This document shows, in pieces, positions 49,921-63,114 of a stretch of DNA of 64,000 bases. The notes beneath the pieces are model-generated. The model searched no databases. It had not been told where the DNA came from and was given only the letters and a program-made list of their open reading frames with translations. The position numbers and the translations under genes were made by a program. Every line of letters starts with the position of its first letter. The stretch's first letter is position 1. Source of the stretch: Chiloscyllium plagiosum (Eukaryota); the NCBI RefSeq assembly GCF_004010195.1, contig NC_057754.1:1588823-1652822 (forward strand), given 5' to 3'.

Positions 49921-52900
49921 AGGGATTAGTACCTGATTAAAAGAAATAATTTAAATGTGAACCCTGTCTTATTTAAGCTAGCAGGAAAATGTAGCCTCGT
50001 AATGTAACCTGAAAGAAATTTGACGTTCTTCAGACCCTCATTATTGCGTTTTTGGCATGATTAAGATTGTGGAAAGCAGACATTTTATCTTAAACAGCTC
50101 TATAACAAGTCAGAGTGGACTTTTTTTTACTTAAGGCTCTCAACCAACCTCAATTTTACTAGGGTCTAAATCTATTGGCTTTGTAATGTGCCCAATATTT
50201 GCTCAAACACCATTAAGCATAAAGGAAAATGGTATGACCACTTCAATAACATCAGCACATCTTTCTCAATGATAGATTGCACAGCCTCCACCATTAAGAT
50301 GGGCAACTGTGTATTCAGATTTATCCTGCTAATGGACCAAAGTGGAAAGTAATGAATATTTAGTTACGCCTGGCACTGAAATCTTAAACGGCAGTATTGA
50401 TGCTGCAAATGGTTTCTGATTTGGTGATGTACAATTATGTGACGAGCATAAAATAATGAAAGTGCAGATTCAATGACTTCAGTAATTTTCTCTTCATATT
50501 TTGACATGTACCATGGTGAGCTGCTTATTTAACTTAAGCCTGCACTGAATGCTAAGTATTACCTATTTTCAGTGGTATAGAAAAGTCCCATGTTGTATTG
50601 TAATTTTTTAATTGGAGCTTTGTGTATTAACAGAACAAATATTCTGCTGTTGCAGTAGCAAACTATTGTATCTTGCTGATGTACAACATATATGTTTAGA
50701 TATGTTCATACTTCTATTTGGACAACTGTTTATAGAGGGACACCTTTCTGGAAACTTAGTGAAGGTCGCCTTTGTAGATTTATTCTGATGACATGCTACA
50801 GTATCTCCGGGTCTACCTTTTGGTATTGCTTTGATCAATCTTCTGGAATGATATATATCCTTGGTGGAACATGGCTACGTTAATGTTCTTTAATCAAATT
50901 CATGATTAAAGAACATTCCCTGTCTGCTGCTTCTAACCCAGCCATGCAGGCACAAATTCTTGCTGGGCTGTTACATTTGCACATGCAGGTTGTGAATTTC
51001 ATCTGGCTTTTCAGCTAGAACTGTGGAGGAAGGATTGAGTTAGGGGAAGGATGAGAGCGAGGGGTCCTGGGTAGGGTGTGGCTGTTGGCAGTGAGTAAAA
51101 CCAGAGCACAGTTTCCTCACTCAACATCTCCAAAAGATACCATTTGAAAGAAGAACTTTCGCTGTTTTATCTTCTCTCTCACAAGCCTCAGGGAAGAAGG
51201 CTATTGTATTATTCAACTCAATAATTCAGTAGACATTGCCAATTGAGACTGAAAACATGGCTGTATACTGTGTAAATGTGCAACTGACAACTGAGCCACG
51301 ATGGGTGCTTTAATTAGGTAGATACATTTTTATAATTAGCTGCAGCTAGCACTAATGTCATTCAGGGAGGAAAATCTATTGTCCTTGCCTGGTCTGGCTG
51401 ATATGTGACTCCAGACCACACCAATATGGTTCACTGCTATTGGAGCAATAATGGATGGGCAACAATACTGGCCTAGCCAGAGACGCACATGTCTTAACAA
51501 TAAACTAAATTCTCGCTATGTTCTCATCAATGTTAAATTGATTAACAAATGTCTCATTTATAATGGGGGCGCAGTTATGATAATATATAAAGTGGGTAAA
51601 AATATTTAAGCATAGAAACAGAACACAGATTCAAAGCCCTGGTTGTGGTATTGGCTCCGTTATTCAATTTTAACTCAGTAGCCTTAGACAGAGAATAAAT
51701 CAGTTCCCAAAGGAACTCAAAATCCTCAATGCCTAAGCAAATCATACAAGCTGACATGGTCTCTTGAATTGTTACATTGCACTGCTTTTCGTCATAGAAA
51801 ATGTGATCCAGGATTTTGTTAATGTTCTTGTTTTGTTCTTCTATATTGAATTTGTAATTTTTTTCCTATTAAGTGTTTCTCAATGTAGTAAAATATTTGC
51901 TCTCTCTTCACATCACTGCTTTTTGTTTAAAGCTGAGTAACAGTCTTGTGACTGTTTCTTAAAATTGCAATTTCCTTCATGTTTCCCAATTCTTTGGTGG
52001 ACTACCTTCTATCTCACAGTAACCTACATGGTAGATAATTAATTTTAACAATTAAATAATTTTTTTTGTTGAATACCTCCCATCAGAACACTGTTGTCTG
52101 ATCCCTGGTTGAGAAATTGTTTTTATATTACAAAGTACAATTTGTTCATGTTTTAAAGCAAATATGCAAATTATGATTTTCTTTTTAAGGATTTGTTTTG
52201 GCCTCTTATGGTGTTTAGTGTTTCCATTGCCATTACAACACTGATGTAGAAATTGGATGAGGATGGCATTTGTGACATTGGACCTTATAGTTGCATGTCA
52301 TGCTTGGTGCTGCACTATCGACTCCAACTGGGTTTTTAAAATATTGCTGACTCTATCAGATTTGAATATTAACATATTTGGCAAAGATAGTCAGGCTAGT
52401 AGTGTTTTGAGAAGAAGCAATATTCTTGCTATTAAGTAAGTAGTTCTCTCCTAAACTAAATTTCAGGCTAAACCAGGAGCATTAAGAAATAGATTATATG
52501 CATAGTTAATAAATGTAACTAATTCTATAAGTACCTGTCACAAGTTAACTGCTGAGAAGAAGACTGTGAGCTACAATGATAATACACATATACGTTACTT
52601 CAAGAACTGCTTCCAACCCATAGGCTGAATCATCTGGCTGCTCTTCTCATTTTGTCTACTTCATGCATTAACACTGCCACTTTTTAGCACATTACAAAAG
52701 AGAGCAACCCTCCAACTATCAAAATAAGAAGCAAAAAACTTGCAGATGCTGGAAAAAGGTTCCTTCTGAATCCCAAATTCCCAACTGGATTTGTTAGTGA
52801 CGATAATAGTAGCAAATAATTTATACAATTATGAAATGACAGATCAAAAGGACCAAGTGGAGCATACATCCTGCAGTATGTATGAAGACATGGACATACC

Positions 52901-55044
52901 ATATGTCTCAGAGCAACACGTATATGGGAAGTGTTACCAACTGCATAAGCATGAGCTCTGGGTTTCTGAACCTGAGCAGCAGCTGGAGTTCGTGTGCAGC
53001 CATGAGACAGGGGACTGTGTGGATAGCATGTATAGGGAAGTGGGCACAACGTAGACTAGAAATGTACAGACAGAGAAGAAATGAATGACAGTTGAAAGTA
53101 TGGTGCTGGAAAAGCACAGCAGGTCAGGCAGCATCTGAGGAGCAGATAACCAGACAGTTAGTGCAGGAGTCCTGAGTCTATCATACCTGCTAATCAGTAC
53201 TTAATTTTGAAACTGGTGAAGGTAGTGGTTTCTCAGGGGAGTCGAACCAGAGACAAACCCATGGCACTCAGTTGTACAGGGGAGGAAATAGGAGAATGGA
53301 AGAGTACTGGTTTCAGGAGACTCCATAGTCAGTGGATCAGACAACTGCTTCTGCGGCAGTAAACAGGACTCCAGGACGATGTCTTGCCTCACTGATGCCA
53401 GGGTGAAGGAACTAATGGAGCAGTTGCAGAACATCCTTCTGGGAGAAGGATATCAATTTGAAGTCATTGTTCACATTGTAACCAATGACATAGATAAGAA
53501 GGATGAACTTGAAGGAAGTTAGGAAAGAAATTCAAACAAAGACCTCAAATGCAACAACTTCAGAATTACTCCCAGTGCCGTACAGTCATGAGCATAATAA
53601 CGGGAGGATGGACTAAATGATTGAATATGTGACTAGAGAACTGATATGAGAATAATGGCATCAGTTCTGGGGCAGGTGGGACCTATACAAACTAGTCAGG
53701 TTGCACTTTAATGGGGTTGGGACTGATATCTTCACAGGGAACTTTGCTAGTGTGGTTGGGGATGGGTTTAAACTAGCTTGTCAGGAACATGAGACGTAAC
53801 TCAAAATGGAAGGAAGTAATGTTAGTAACATGAAGTCAAAAAGATGCCACAGAGACAGGACAAATAAAGTCGAACATTGAGTGTACTTCAAATGCAGAAT
53901 GACGTCAAAAAGACCAAGTTAAGTTTGTTTTACTTGAATGCACGCAGCATTTGCAACAAGGTAAATGATCTATAGGAAAAATAGAGATAAATGGATATGA
54001 TCTAATTATACTTACAGAAAGATGGCTGCATGGTGATCAGCATGATCAGGACTGGCAACTGAATTATGAAGGATATTTGATGTTTAGAAAAGACAATCAA
54101 GAAAGAAAATGAACTGGAGTTGCTTGATAATATGGGAGTTGAAGAACAATGTATGGAATCTGTTTGGGTGGAGCTATAAAACAATAAGGGGCATTGGGTA
54201 TTGGTTGGAGTTATTTGAAGGGCACAAAGCAGTAGGGGTATGTGGGGCATGGTATTAATCAGGAAATGAAAGAAGCATATAGTATGAGCATCATGGTTAT
54301 CATGGATCAGTTCAATCTACACATATTTGTTTAAACAATTGAGCACTAAAGCAATGGAGAATGAATTTCTGAATTGTCTTAGAATGGCTTTCTAGAGCAG
54401 TATGTTGAGGAGCATGAAGATATGCTGTTTTAGAACTGGTGTTATGTAGTAAAAAAAGGCTAATTAACAACTTGTAAAATAAAGCCTTTAGGGTCCAAAG
54501 ACCACACTATGATAGAATTTTATGGAATCTGTTTGGGTTTGTTTAAATCTGTTAGAATTTTCTTAGAGTAGGATAAAAGGCTGGCACAACATCAAGGGCA
54601 AAAGGGCTTATACTGTGCTGTACTATTCTATGTTCAAAGTGAGGTAGTCTACTCAGAAGCAAAAGTATTTACATTTGAATAAGGCATGAGGCACAGATTG
54701 ATTGAGGTGGATTGGGAAAATACATGAAAAGGCATAACTGTACAATAGGCAATAGTCAGTAAAGAACCATTAAATGATTAACAGCAACTATACATTCCCA
54801 CAACATGCAAAAACTCAAAAAGGCCAGTCAACCGTGATTAACAAAGGAAGTTCAGGATTGTATGAAATTAAAAGAAAAGACTTAAAGTTGCCAGAAATAG
54901 GAGTAATTCTGAGGATGGTGAGGTTATTGAATTACAGCAAAGGAGGAGCAAGAAATTGATAAGGAGGGAGAACAGAAGATGAACGGAATGTAGCATAAAA
55001 GCGGACTGCAAAAGCTTCAATAAGTATCTGAAATGGAAGTCATG

Positions 55045-55590
55045 AATTGGAGATGCCGGTGTTGGACTGGGGTGTACAAAGTTAAAAATCACACAACACC
55101 AAGTTATACTCCAACAGGTTTAATTGGAAGCACAGTAGCTTTCGGAGTGCTGCTCCATCAGGTGGTTGTGGAGGACACAGTTGTAAGGCACAGAATTTAT
55201 AGCAAAAGTTTACAGTGTGATGTAACTAAAATTATTCATTGAAAAATACCTTGATTGTCTGTTGAGTCTTTCATCTGTTCGAAAACCATGATAGTTTCAT
55301 TTCTTTCGTGTGTAAATCACAAAACTTTTTTTAAAAGTTGCATTCTCAGGTTAACTGTAACAATTGGTGTTAGCTAGACAATATGTTGAAGGTGTTAGCC
55401 CCTTGTGTTCTCTGTCTGTGCCATAATGTTTAGATAGATTCTAATCTAAAAAGTGAGATAACAGAGTTTTACATGAATTCATGAAGTTTTTGAGCAAAGT
55501 ACAATGTAACTCTGCAAGTACAAATTCACCCCACAAATATATGTATTTGTGTGCATGTGGGTCTTTATGTCTGTGTGTGTGGGGGGGGTA
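55045..55590 (-). mobile_element. Penelope family B 3' UTR/terminal repeat nested in CR1, followed by a family A fragment (~55610-55705)
   Basis: Highly similar to 1442-1617 (direct) and ~1850-2335 (inverted). Confidence 0.9.
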
Positions 55591-56221
55591 AAACAGAGAA
55601 CTCAGATCTGGATGACAAGGGCTCCTGCCCGAAATGTTGATTTTCCTGCTCCTTGAATGCTGCCTGACCTGCTGTGCTTTTCCAGCACCACTCTAATCTT
55701 GTCCCTGAAATGGTTGATAATGATCTGATTGGACATAGTCACCACGGATTTGTGAATGCGAAATTATGTTTGACAAACTTTTTGAGAATGTTACTAACAA
55801 AATGACAAAGGAGAATGAATGGATGTAATATACTTAGGTTTTCAGAAGGCTTTTGATAAAGTCCTCCACAGGAGGCTGATTAAAGAATTAAAATGCAGGG
55901 GATAGGAAATGTACTGAATGATAAGCTAACAGACAGGCAAGCTGTGATTAGTGAGGTACACAAGGCTCAGTACTTGGGCCTCAGCTGTTCACAATATTTA
56001 TCAGTGGTTTAGTAGTGGGGACCAAATGTAATATTTCCAAACTTGCAGATGGTGCAAAGCTAAAATTGAGCTAACTGACTCCAGTAAGAAAAACAGATAG
56101 CAGAATATTCCTTAAACTGTAAGAGATTGGCAAGTGTACAAAAGTACAAAAGAACCTCTGTGTTCTTGTCAATAAGTCACGTCTGGTGCAGCAACTATTA
56201 GAAAGGCTAATGTATGTTGTA

Positions 56222-56335
56222 GATATATTTAATCAACCTGTACAGATGTGTTATGATACACGTCTGTAGCAAGTGGGCCTTGAAGTCAAGCCTTCTGGCC
56301 TAGAACTAGGGACACCACCACTGTGCCATTGGAAT
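56222..56335 (-). mobile_element. Short tRNA-derived SINE nested in CR1
   Basis: Minus tggcacagtggtggtgtccct (A box) and gacttcaaggcccac (decayed B box). Confidence 0.5.
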
Positions 56336-56910
56336 CCTTTAGCTTTTATTGCAAGAGGGTTTGAATATTGGAGGAATTAAGTCTTGCTTCAATTATATAG
56401 GAGTTTAGTTCAACTGCACATGGAGTAGTGTGTTCAATTTTGGTCTCTTTATCTCAGGAAAGATATTATTGCCACAGAGGGAATACACCTGAAGGTTTGT
56501 CAGACTTGTTTCTGGGATGATGGGACTGTCCTATGAAGAGAGATTGGGCATCAGGACCTATACACTCTTTTGAAGTCTGAGAAGTGATCTCATCTAAACA
56601 TAAATTACAAAAGGGATAGACAGGGTGGATGCAGGTAAGGTGGTTTCCTTGGGTGGGCAGCCAAAACCAGGGGGACAATTTTAAAAAAAGGGATGTCACT
56701 TGGGTCCAAAAAGGTGAGAATCTTTCTTACTGAGAAGGTGTGAATTCTCCACCATAGAAGCAATTGCCCAAAATACGTCACTTCTGTTTTGAAGTGCTTT
56801 GGTCACTGTTACAATGTAAAACAATTAGGAAGTGGTTTGATACGGTAGACACAGTGAAGACATTTTTACTTGTGGGGAAGGAGAAGGGTTTTGGTGGTAA
56901 CATTAAAATT

Positions 56911-57556
56911 GGGCAGAGTCTTGTGGTGTCAAGGCAAGCAGGGCAATTAATTGGCAAAGGAGGAGACATACCATGTCCCTGCCACCATCCTGCTTCCACC
57001 AGAATTATGTAAAGGTTGTTAAGGTCAGGGGTCAACCTTCCTGCCTTGTTGCCAATTGAGGCCCTTAAGTAGCAATTAAGAATCACTGGAGGTCCTCATT
57101 CCTGCTTCTACAGCAGTGAACCCTGCAGCCAATAAACCTGTTGACATAAAGAGTGCTGGCTGTTTTGTTCAGGGCTGGGTGTTGCTTTTGATCAAAGCCA
57201 GTCAGGGCTTAATCAAGGGTAAGGACATCAGGCAGGGTAGTGCCCACTGGGAACTAACCTGCCCCTCTGAACTGACCACGCTGCCCAGGAACCTCCACTC
57301 CACCCCCAAAGAAAATCACTTACTTTGCTTCTCTCTCCCTGGACTTTGGGCTTGCCCTTCTGACAGCCTGCACAATCTCCCTGTGACACCAGCAACAGCT
57401 CCTAGTAGGAAACAAAGTTGACTCTAAGTACCTAATTTTGGATGAAGGTTCGTTTGGCAGAAAATTTGGTGAGTCTGTATTAGAAGTGACAGCCTGACAT
57501 CGCTGGCTCTCCAACTGGTCAGCACAATACCCATTTCACCCATGAAGATTCTGCTC
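56911..57556. mobile_element. Non-autonomous TIR element (Harbinger-type MITE)
   Basis: TIRs gggcagagtctt / aagattctgctc, 3-bp ATT on both flanks, interrupts a CR1 3' fragment. Confidence 0.7.
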
Positions 57557-60500
57557 ATTGTCACTAATTAAGCCAGTAGGAAATTCAGGAGGAACCTCCT
57601 CATTCACTCAGAGAGTGATGTGGAATTTCACAGGGAGTGGTCAGGGCAAATCGTCGAGGAAGTAAGTTATAAACCCATGAGGGAGAAAGGAATATACTGT
57701 TAGAATGAGGTGGTATGCTGGGAACAGGCTCATGTGGAGCCTAAACACTGACATGGACTACTTGTGCCCAATCACTTATTTGTGTACTATAAATGCTACG
57801 TATTTACAGTACGTATATAGCCTCGTCACTCCCCAGCCTGTGCAAGCTCTAATGATTGTGCATGCTTTTCAGACAGAACAGAAATGAGAAAAAAATAACA
57901 TTTGTTTTATGTAATCTGGTGAAACATTATGCTTTGTGCCCTAATGGTACGATTCTCTCATCATTATTTGCCATAGCAATCTATTTTGTGTATTATTATA
58001 AAACGTTGCTTTTCATCATTTCTGCTCAAAGTGATACGGTCCACTATCATGTTACAACCAAGTCTGCAGGATTTGTTCTGGAAATGAGCGATGCAACTCC
58101 TCCAAAACTAATGACTTCAAATTTTCAAAGAACTATATTCTTTTGAGTTTTGATCCCCAAAACAATTTTAAAACTAAGCAGCTTAAAATTAGTTTTCACG
58201 AGCACACCATGTAACTCTGGCAATGTTTTTCTCCAGTAAGGACATAAAATTTCAGCATGTTTTGCAATGTCCACCTTGTATGACATGGTATCATAACTGC
58301 ATAATAAATTAGAATTGATGAACTTTAAATTAACTAGCTCAGTGGACAGATACTGATTTAAATCCCTGCCTGTTGCACAGGTTGTATAGTCTATAAACTT
58401 GTTATTAAATCCTTGCAAGAAGCAAATGTTTTCCTGATGAAATGGACACAAATGAGCAAATCTCACACATTTAATTATAAATCCTAATATATTGCACTGA
58501 TAGAGATGGGATTGCAGAATTTTATTTTGCAAACATGAAGGGTTCATAACTCATAACTGCTGCAAGTTGAGTAAAGGCAGTAACACATTTTCTGTACAGA
58601 TTTCTAATTATTCACTCACTATGTTGATATTTGCAATAAGAATTTAATAAGCCATACTTTCCCCCCCGGCTTTGGCCAGTGTGACTGTTGCTAAGGTATG
58701 GATTCATTGTGGTGCCTTCAGTACTTTATCTAAAGTGGCCCTTCTGCCAGTGTGATTGTACATTTTTGAAGCGTGACTGATTTCATTTTGTCCCTTTTCC
58801 AGGCAGCAAATACTGAGGTCAATTGTGCTGCTCTGCTTTTATAGTAATTCAAATCAACTCCAAACACAAACTGGAAATCCATACAATGTGTAAAGAAAGG
58901 GGAGAATCTTTTTCCTATTCTTATCATCCCTTGTTTCCCTGCAACTCGTGACAGTCTGAAAGTCTGTATGGTGGGTGAAGCTGTTGGGTTTTGTTGATAT
59001 TCTAAAGCACAGTGTGTAGAGTAAAATGTTTTGGAGGGGTGTTGGGGTTCAACCTACCTATCATAGACCCTTACTAAAGAGAGTTGAGGTTTCTGGTTCT
59101 GTGTTGTTCTGTTTCCCCACCTCCTTCCTTCCTTCCCCCGCCGGCCCTGTATTATCTGCAGGTTTAGCCCTGTATTATCTTCAGGTTAGGTTTCATCTGG
59201 TCATACTGGGCAAGGCGTTTGGTTCAAAATTTTTGGTGCTGATACCAGTAGATTAGAAACAAGCTAAACATAGTGCATGTGTTCAAAATGGATGACAGGC
59301 AGCTGCATGAGTAGACTTATTTCAACTCATGGAAAGTAATAAAACTAATTATAAAAGAGTAAACTAGGGAATCAGCTCTGCTACAAAAACAGCCTGATGA
59401 ATAGAATCAACCTCAGAGAGGGAAGATCCCACCTGCAATTTTGTTGCCTTCTTTGAGAAAGTGAACTGGGAGCTCTGAAAGAAACTTGATAAAATTCCAT
59501 CTGAGAAATTACTGATTGAGCTCAAAACTGTGGTGATTCAGGCTGAAACTTAGGTTTAGATAAGAAACTGCCAGAAGAGAACCAACCTGAGGGGTTAGGA
59601 AGAATGAAGTATTGAGTGGAGTGTCCAGGGCTAAGCATTGGGACTATTGCCGTTTTTAATTGATGCTGCGTCTGGAGTCTGAATCTTGGTTTCCATTTTT
59701 TCCTGGTTACATTTTCAAATACCACATTTGGGGGGGTGTGACCGAGAACTTGCAGAATGAGTAAATTGAAGGATATGAGGAAGCAGAGCAAAATCAAATG
59801 TCAAATTAAAGTTAATGTGGACAAGTATAAAGAATTGCACACAGAAAAGAATGAGGGCAATATGGATAGTGTTGAAATGGACTAAGGAGTCTCAGCAGTC
59901 TCAACATATCCAATTAGGTACAGAGTAGCAACCGACAAGGCCATTGGAATGTTGAACGAGAGAGCCAAACCTTTATTAGAATTCAGATATTGATGCCATA
60001 GAATTACATACAAATTACAAGACAAGAAACAGCCTGCTTAGCCTATCCATGTCTGTATTAATGTTTATCATCTGTCCACTCCTAATCCTGATATTTTATT
60101 TCTGCAACCTCCTCATCTAATCTATTAAACATTGACATGGTCTCTTTTCTTTAAATTGCCAACTTCTTCCTGCATTTAGTCCATGACCTTAGAAGCACAC
60201 CTGAGGTTTCAAGAAAAACAGCTATGCGTTCCATATATCATATATTCAATGTAATATCTAAGGAGTCTAACCAGTCTATAAATCTAAACCATTTAAAGAA
60301 ACCCACTACTTATCTCCTTTGGTTTATTCTCTCTCTATTAAAGTGCTGATCGTTCTGCATTCTAACAGCCCTCATTTCTGAAGTGGGCTTGTGTATTTAT
60401 TTAAATGCATGAGTTGAGACCTATGCATAGCGAGTGGGAAATGTAATAGTGAAGTGAGAATAAGGTGTGTTGACTGCTGAGCTAATTTCCTCTTATAGGA

Positions 60501-61626
60501 TGGCTACTTGTATGAGGTGCCAGAGGACAGCTGATGAACAGGAGCCCCCATGTAAGTTGCACCTCTCAAACCGAAAAGCAGAAAATTGATGAATAAAACA
60601 AAACACAGTACAAAGCCTTCAAAAAAAACCTTTCAGTTTTATGATCATGATGTCATCTGAACTATTTCAATAGATGACTAGCTTGTAATCATGCCCAGGG
60701 ATCCATTATTTTGTATATAGTTTTCACCGGTCCTGTTGTGAATTATGGAATTAAACCACCTAGCAGTAAAATTATCATCGGCTGCTGTTGGATAAATAAA
60801 TATTACCACTGCAATAACAGTGCAGCTTTTTGCAGCAGTAATGGCATAACGAATGGGCCTAGGGAAGAATTATATGCCTGGATCTCCTGCACACATTTCA
60901 GCATTTATTGATCCAGGAGCTGTAAATCTTTCACTTATGATAGAAAGTCGTTAGATCAACCCAAGACAAATTTCAATCATAAAATATATAAAACTAAGTG
61001 ACCTCACACTTGGAGGAGATGAAAGGGACATTGCATGACCCTAGGGGTTGACCTTTCCTCAGCCATTAGCTAACCCAATGGTTGACACTTGTTTACTTTT
61101 AAGTCTGATTTGTGGGATTCATTATAATGTCACCGTTATGTATAACATAAGCTTCTTGAAAAATGCAAGTATACCAAACCCTGCAAAATAATATGATTAT
61201 AATTTAATTCACATAGCTAAAATTGTAGTTGACCTCCAGTTATTGAATCCATGACATCAATTCTATAAACAACATAAATCTGTTGCTAACATTGAAAGGA
61301 GTATATTCAGGCTTTTAAGCATTGCGGTATTAGAATGTTAACAAGGGATCTATTATTTGTGAGAAGCTAACTGATTTTCTATTAAGTTATTTTAGCTGAG
61401 GGACTACTTGAAGAGAAACTGTTGGCCATGCACCACTGTGTGACAGCGATATGCTTCTGTTGTTGCACTTTACACTTCATTAGGTTGCAAAACCAGTATC
61501 AGGCATTATGCTGAAGTGGACATGAGGCACCCTTTTCTGCTTGGTAGAATGAGAGTGCTGGAGAAAGGTGATGAAATAGTAAGCAAACTACTATAATTCT
61601 TTATAAATTGGCAAAGGATGACAAGC

Positions 61627-61834
61627 TGAAAATGTGTTGCTGGAAAAGCGCAGCAGGTCAGGCAGCATCCAAGGAATAGGAGAATCGACGTTTCGGGCAT
61701 AAGCCCTTCTTCAGGAAGGCTTATGCCCAAAACGTCGATTCTCCTGTTCCTTGGATGCTGCCTGACCTGCTGCGCTTTTCCAGCAACACATTTTCAGCTC
61801 TGATCTCCAGCATCTGCAGCCCTCACTTTCTCCT
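61627..61834. mobile_element. Young fold-back Penelope family A insertion
   Basis: ~82-bp inverted arms (61624-61705, 61718-61799) with 2 mismatches. TSD caaaggatgacaagc at 61612-61626 and 61835-61849. Confidence 0.95.
61687..61714 (-). ncRNA. Minimal type I hammerhead ribozyme motif (family A), core intact
   Basis: Minus CUGAAGA-A-GGGC-UUAU-GCCC-GAAA-C-GUC. Helix I is weak. Confidence 0.7.
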
Positions 61835-63114
61835 CAAAGGATGACAAGCAAAAGTTCAGTTGAGTAAAAGTTGTAAAGGGTATGTTTAGGAAATAAATGT
61901 TTTCTTCATTTCCTGCTTCTTTATGGTTTAAGGAAATATTTGCAGATAATCCTAATTTCTTCAACTGAGACTATAACTGTAGTAGGATTTGTACATAGGG
62001 TCACAATTGCCAGCTCTGTTGGTGACCTGGTGGGCCATGATAATAGGCTACATGTGCCAGGTACAGGTTAAGTCTCCAAGCTCTGCTTCATCAACTGCTC
62101 TGAGCCCGGGTGGTAGGTATTGGTGTCTCTAGGCTAGTGCATTGATAGATCATGCTGGATTTTCATCCCTAGCAGTGAGTTGCTGGCAGAGTATGCTATA
62201 TGGAAAGTACATTATGCTCAGCCATGAATACCTCTGGAGGAATCTACTGAAACTCACAAGGTAAGATTAGGTATGAATGACCTCCATATATACCTGAGTT
62301 TTGCTGGCTTCTATGAGCTTCAGCAACTATCATCATCTTCAGGAAAATGAGAAGAGAAACGAGGGAAGAACAAGATAGCAGCCTTCCAGCTTTACTGTAG
62401 ACTTGTGTTTTGGTTTTCTGTAATCTTTCAATGGTAACACTGTGAGATTTCATTCTTTAAAGATTCACTGAGCTTGTTAACTGAGAATTAATGAAATTGA
62501 AGAGCATGTTATGAATTAGTTGCTCACTTGGATAGGGTTAAATTGGATAGTTCTCAATTCCTATTATTCCCAATCTTCCATTACAGCGAATTAGACTCTC
62601 AGGATGTTAGTGAACATTGGAATATGTGATGAAAGAAGGGTCTGACCATATAATTTGGAAATTAATCTTATTTTGAACTGGTCAGTGGTAACTTAGAAGT
62701 CAACACACAATGATGAATGAGATGAGCTGTAAATGAGCTGAGCTGGTATAGCACTGTATAGCTGGTGTGGCTTTCTCTGCGGATGCAATTATATCATTTG
62801 TGTAGACTTTTTCATTCATCCACAGTGTACTCAACTTACTATGTAAAGGCTGGAAATAAAATGTTGATGTATGCTTTCCTCTAAGGATGTAATGGTTAAA
62901 CTTGGTCTCCAATCCATCACCTAGACGTTTTAAATTGCCAGCCAAGTCATTTTTTATGGTCTCCAGAAATGATCTTTAGGTTCAAACAGCTTTAACCTTT
63001 AGTTTGACTGGGATTGCATGTTTTGATGTTACAGCCAGAATTTCAAGAAAAGATTTAAAAATGTGAAATATTTTTTAAGTCTAAAGGACTTGTTGTGGCA
63101 CTTGCATTCTGGTA

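Larger units (their letters stand above)
52800..56750 (+). mobile_element. Nearly full-length, heavily decayed CR1 with ORF1 (zinc finger/leucine zipper plus SGNH esterase) and ORF2
   Basis: SCSMYE..HVYGKCYQL..SEPEQQLE (~52868-52990); VLVSGDSIV..CL.DARV..VIVHIVTNDI (~53300-53492); YLNARSICNK (~53931); RT remnants after 55730. Confidence 0.85.

Noticed and set aside
59144..59189. 23-bp tandem duplication
   Set aside because: Ordinary slippage event.
62295..62375. Minus-strand acceptor plus 43-nt exon
   Set aside because: Weak donor (GTATAT) and no supporting neighbouring exons.
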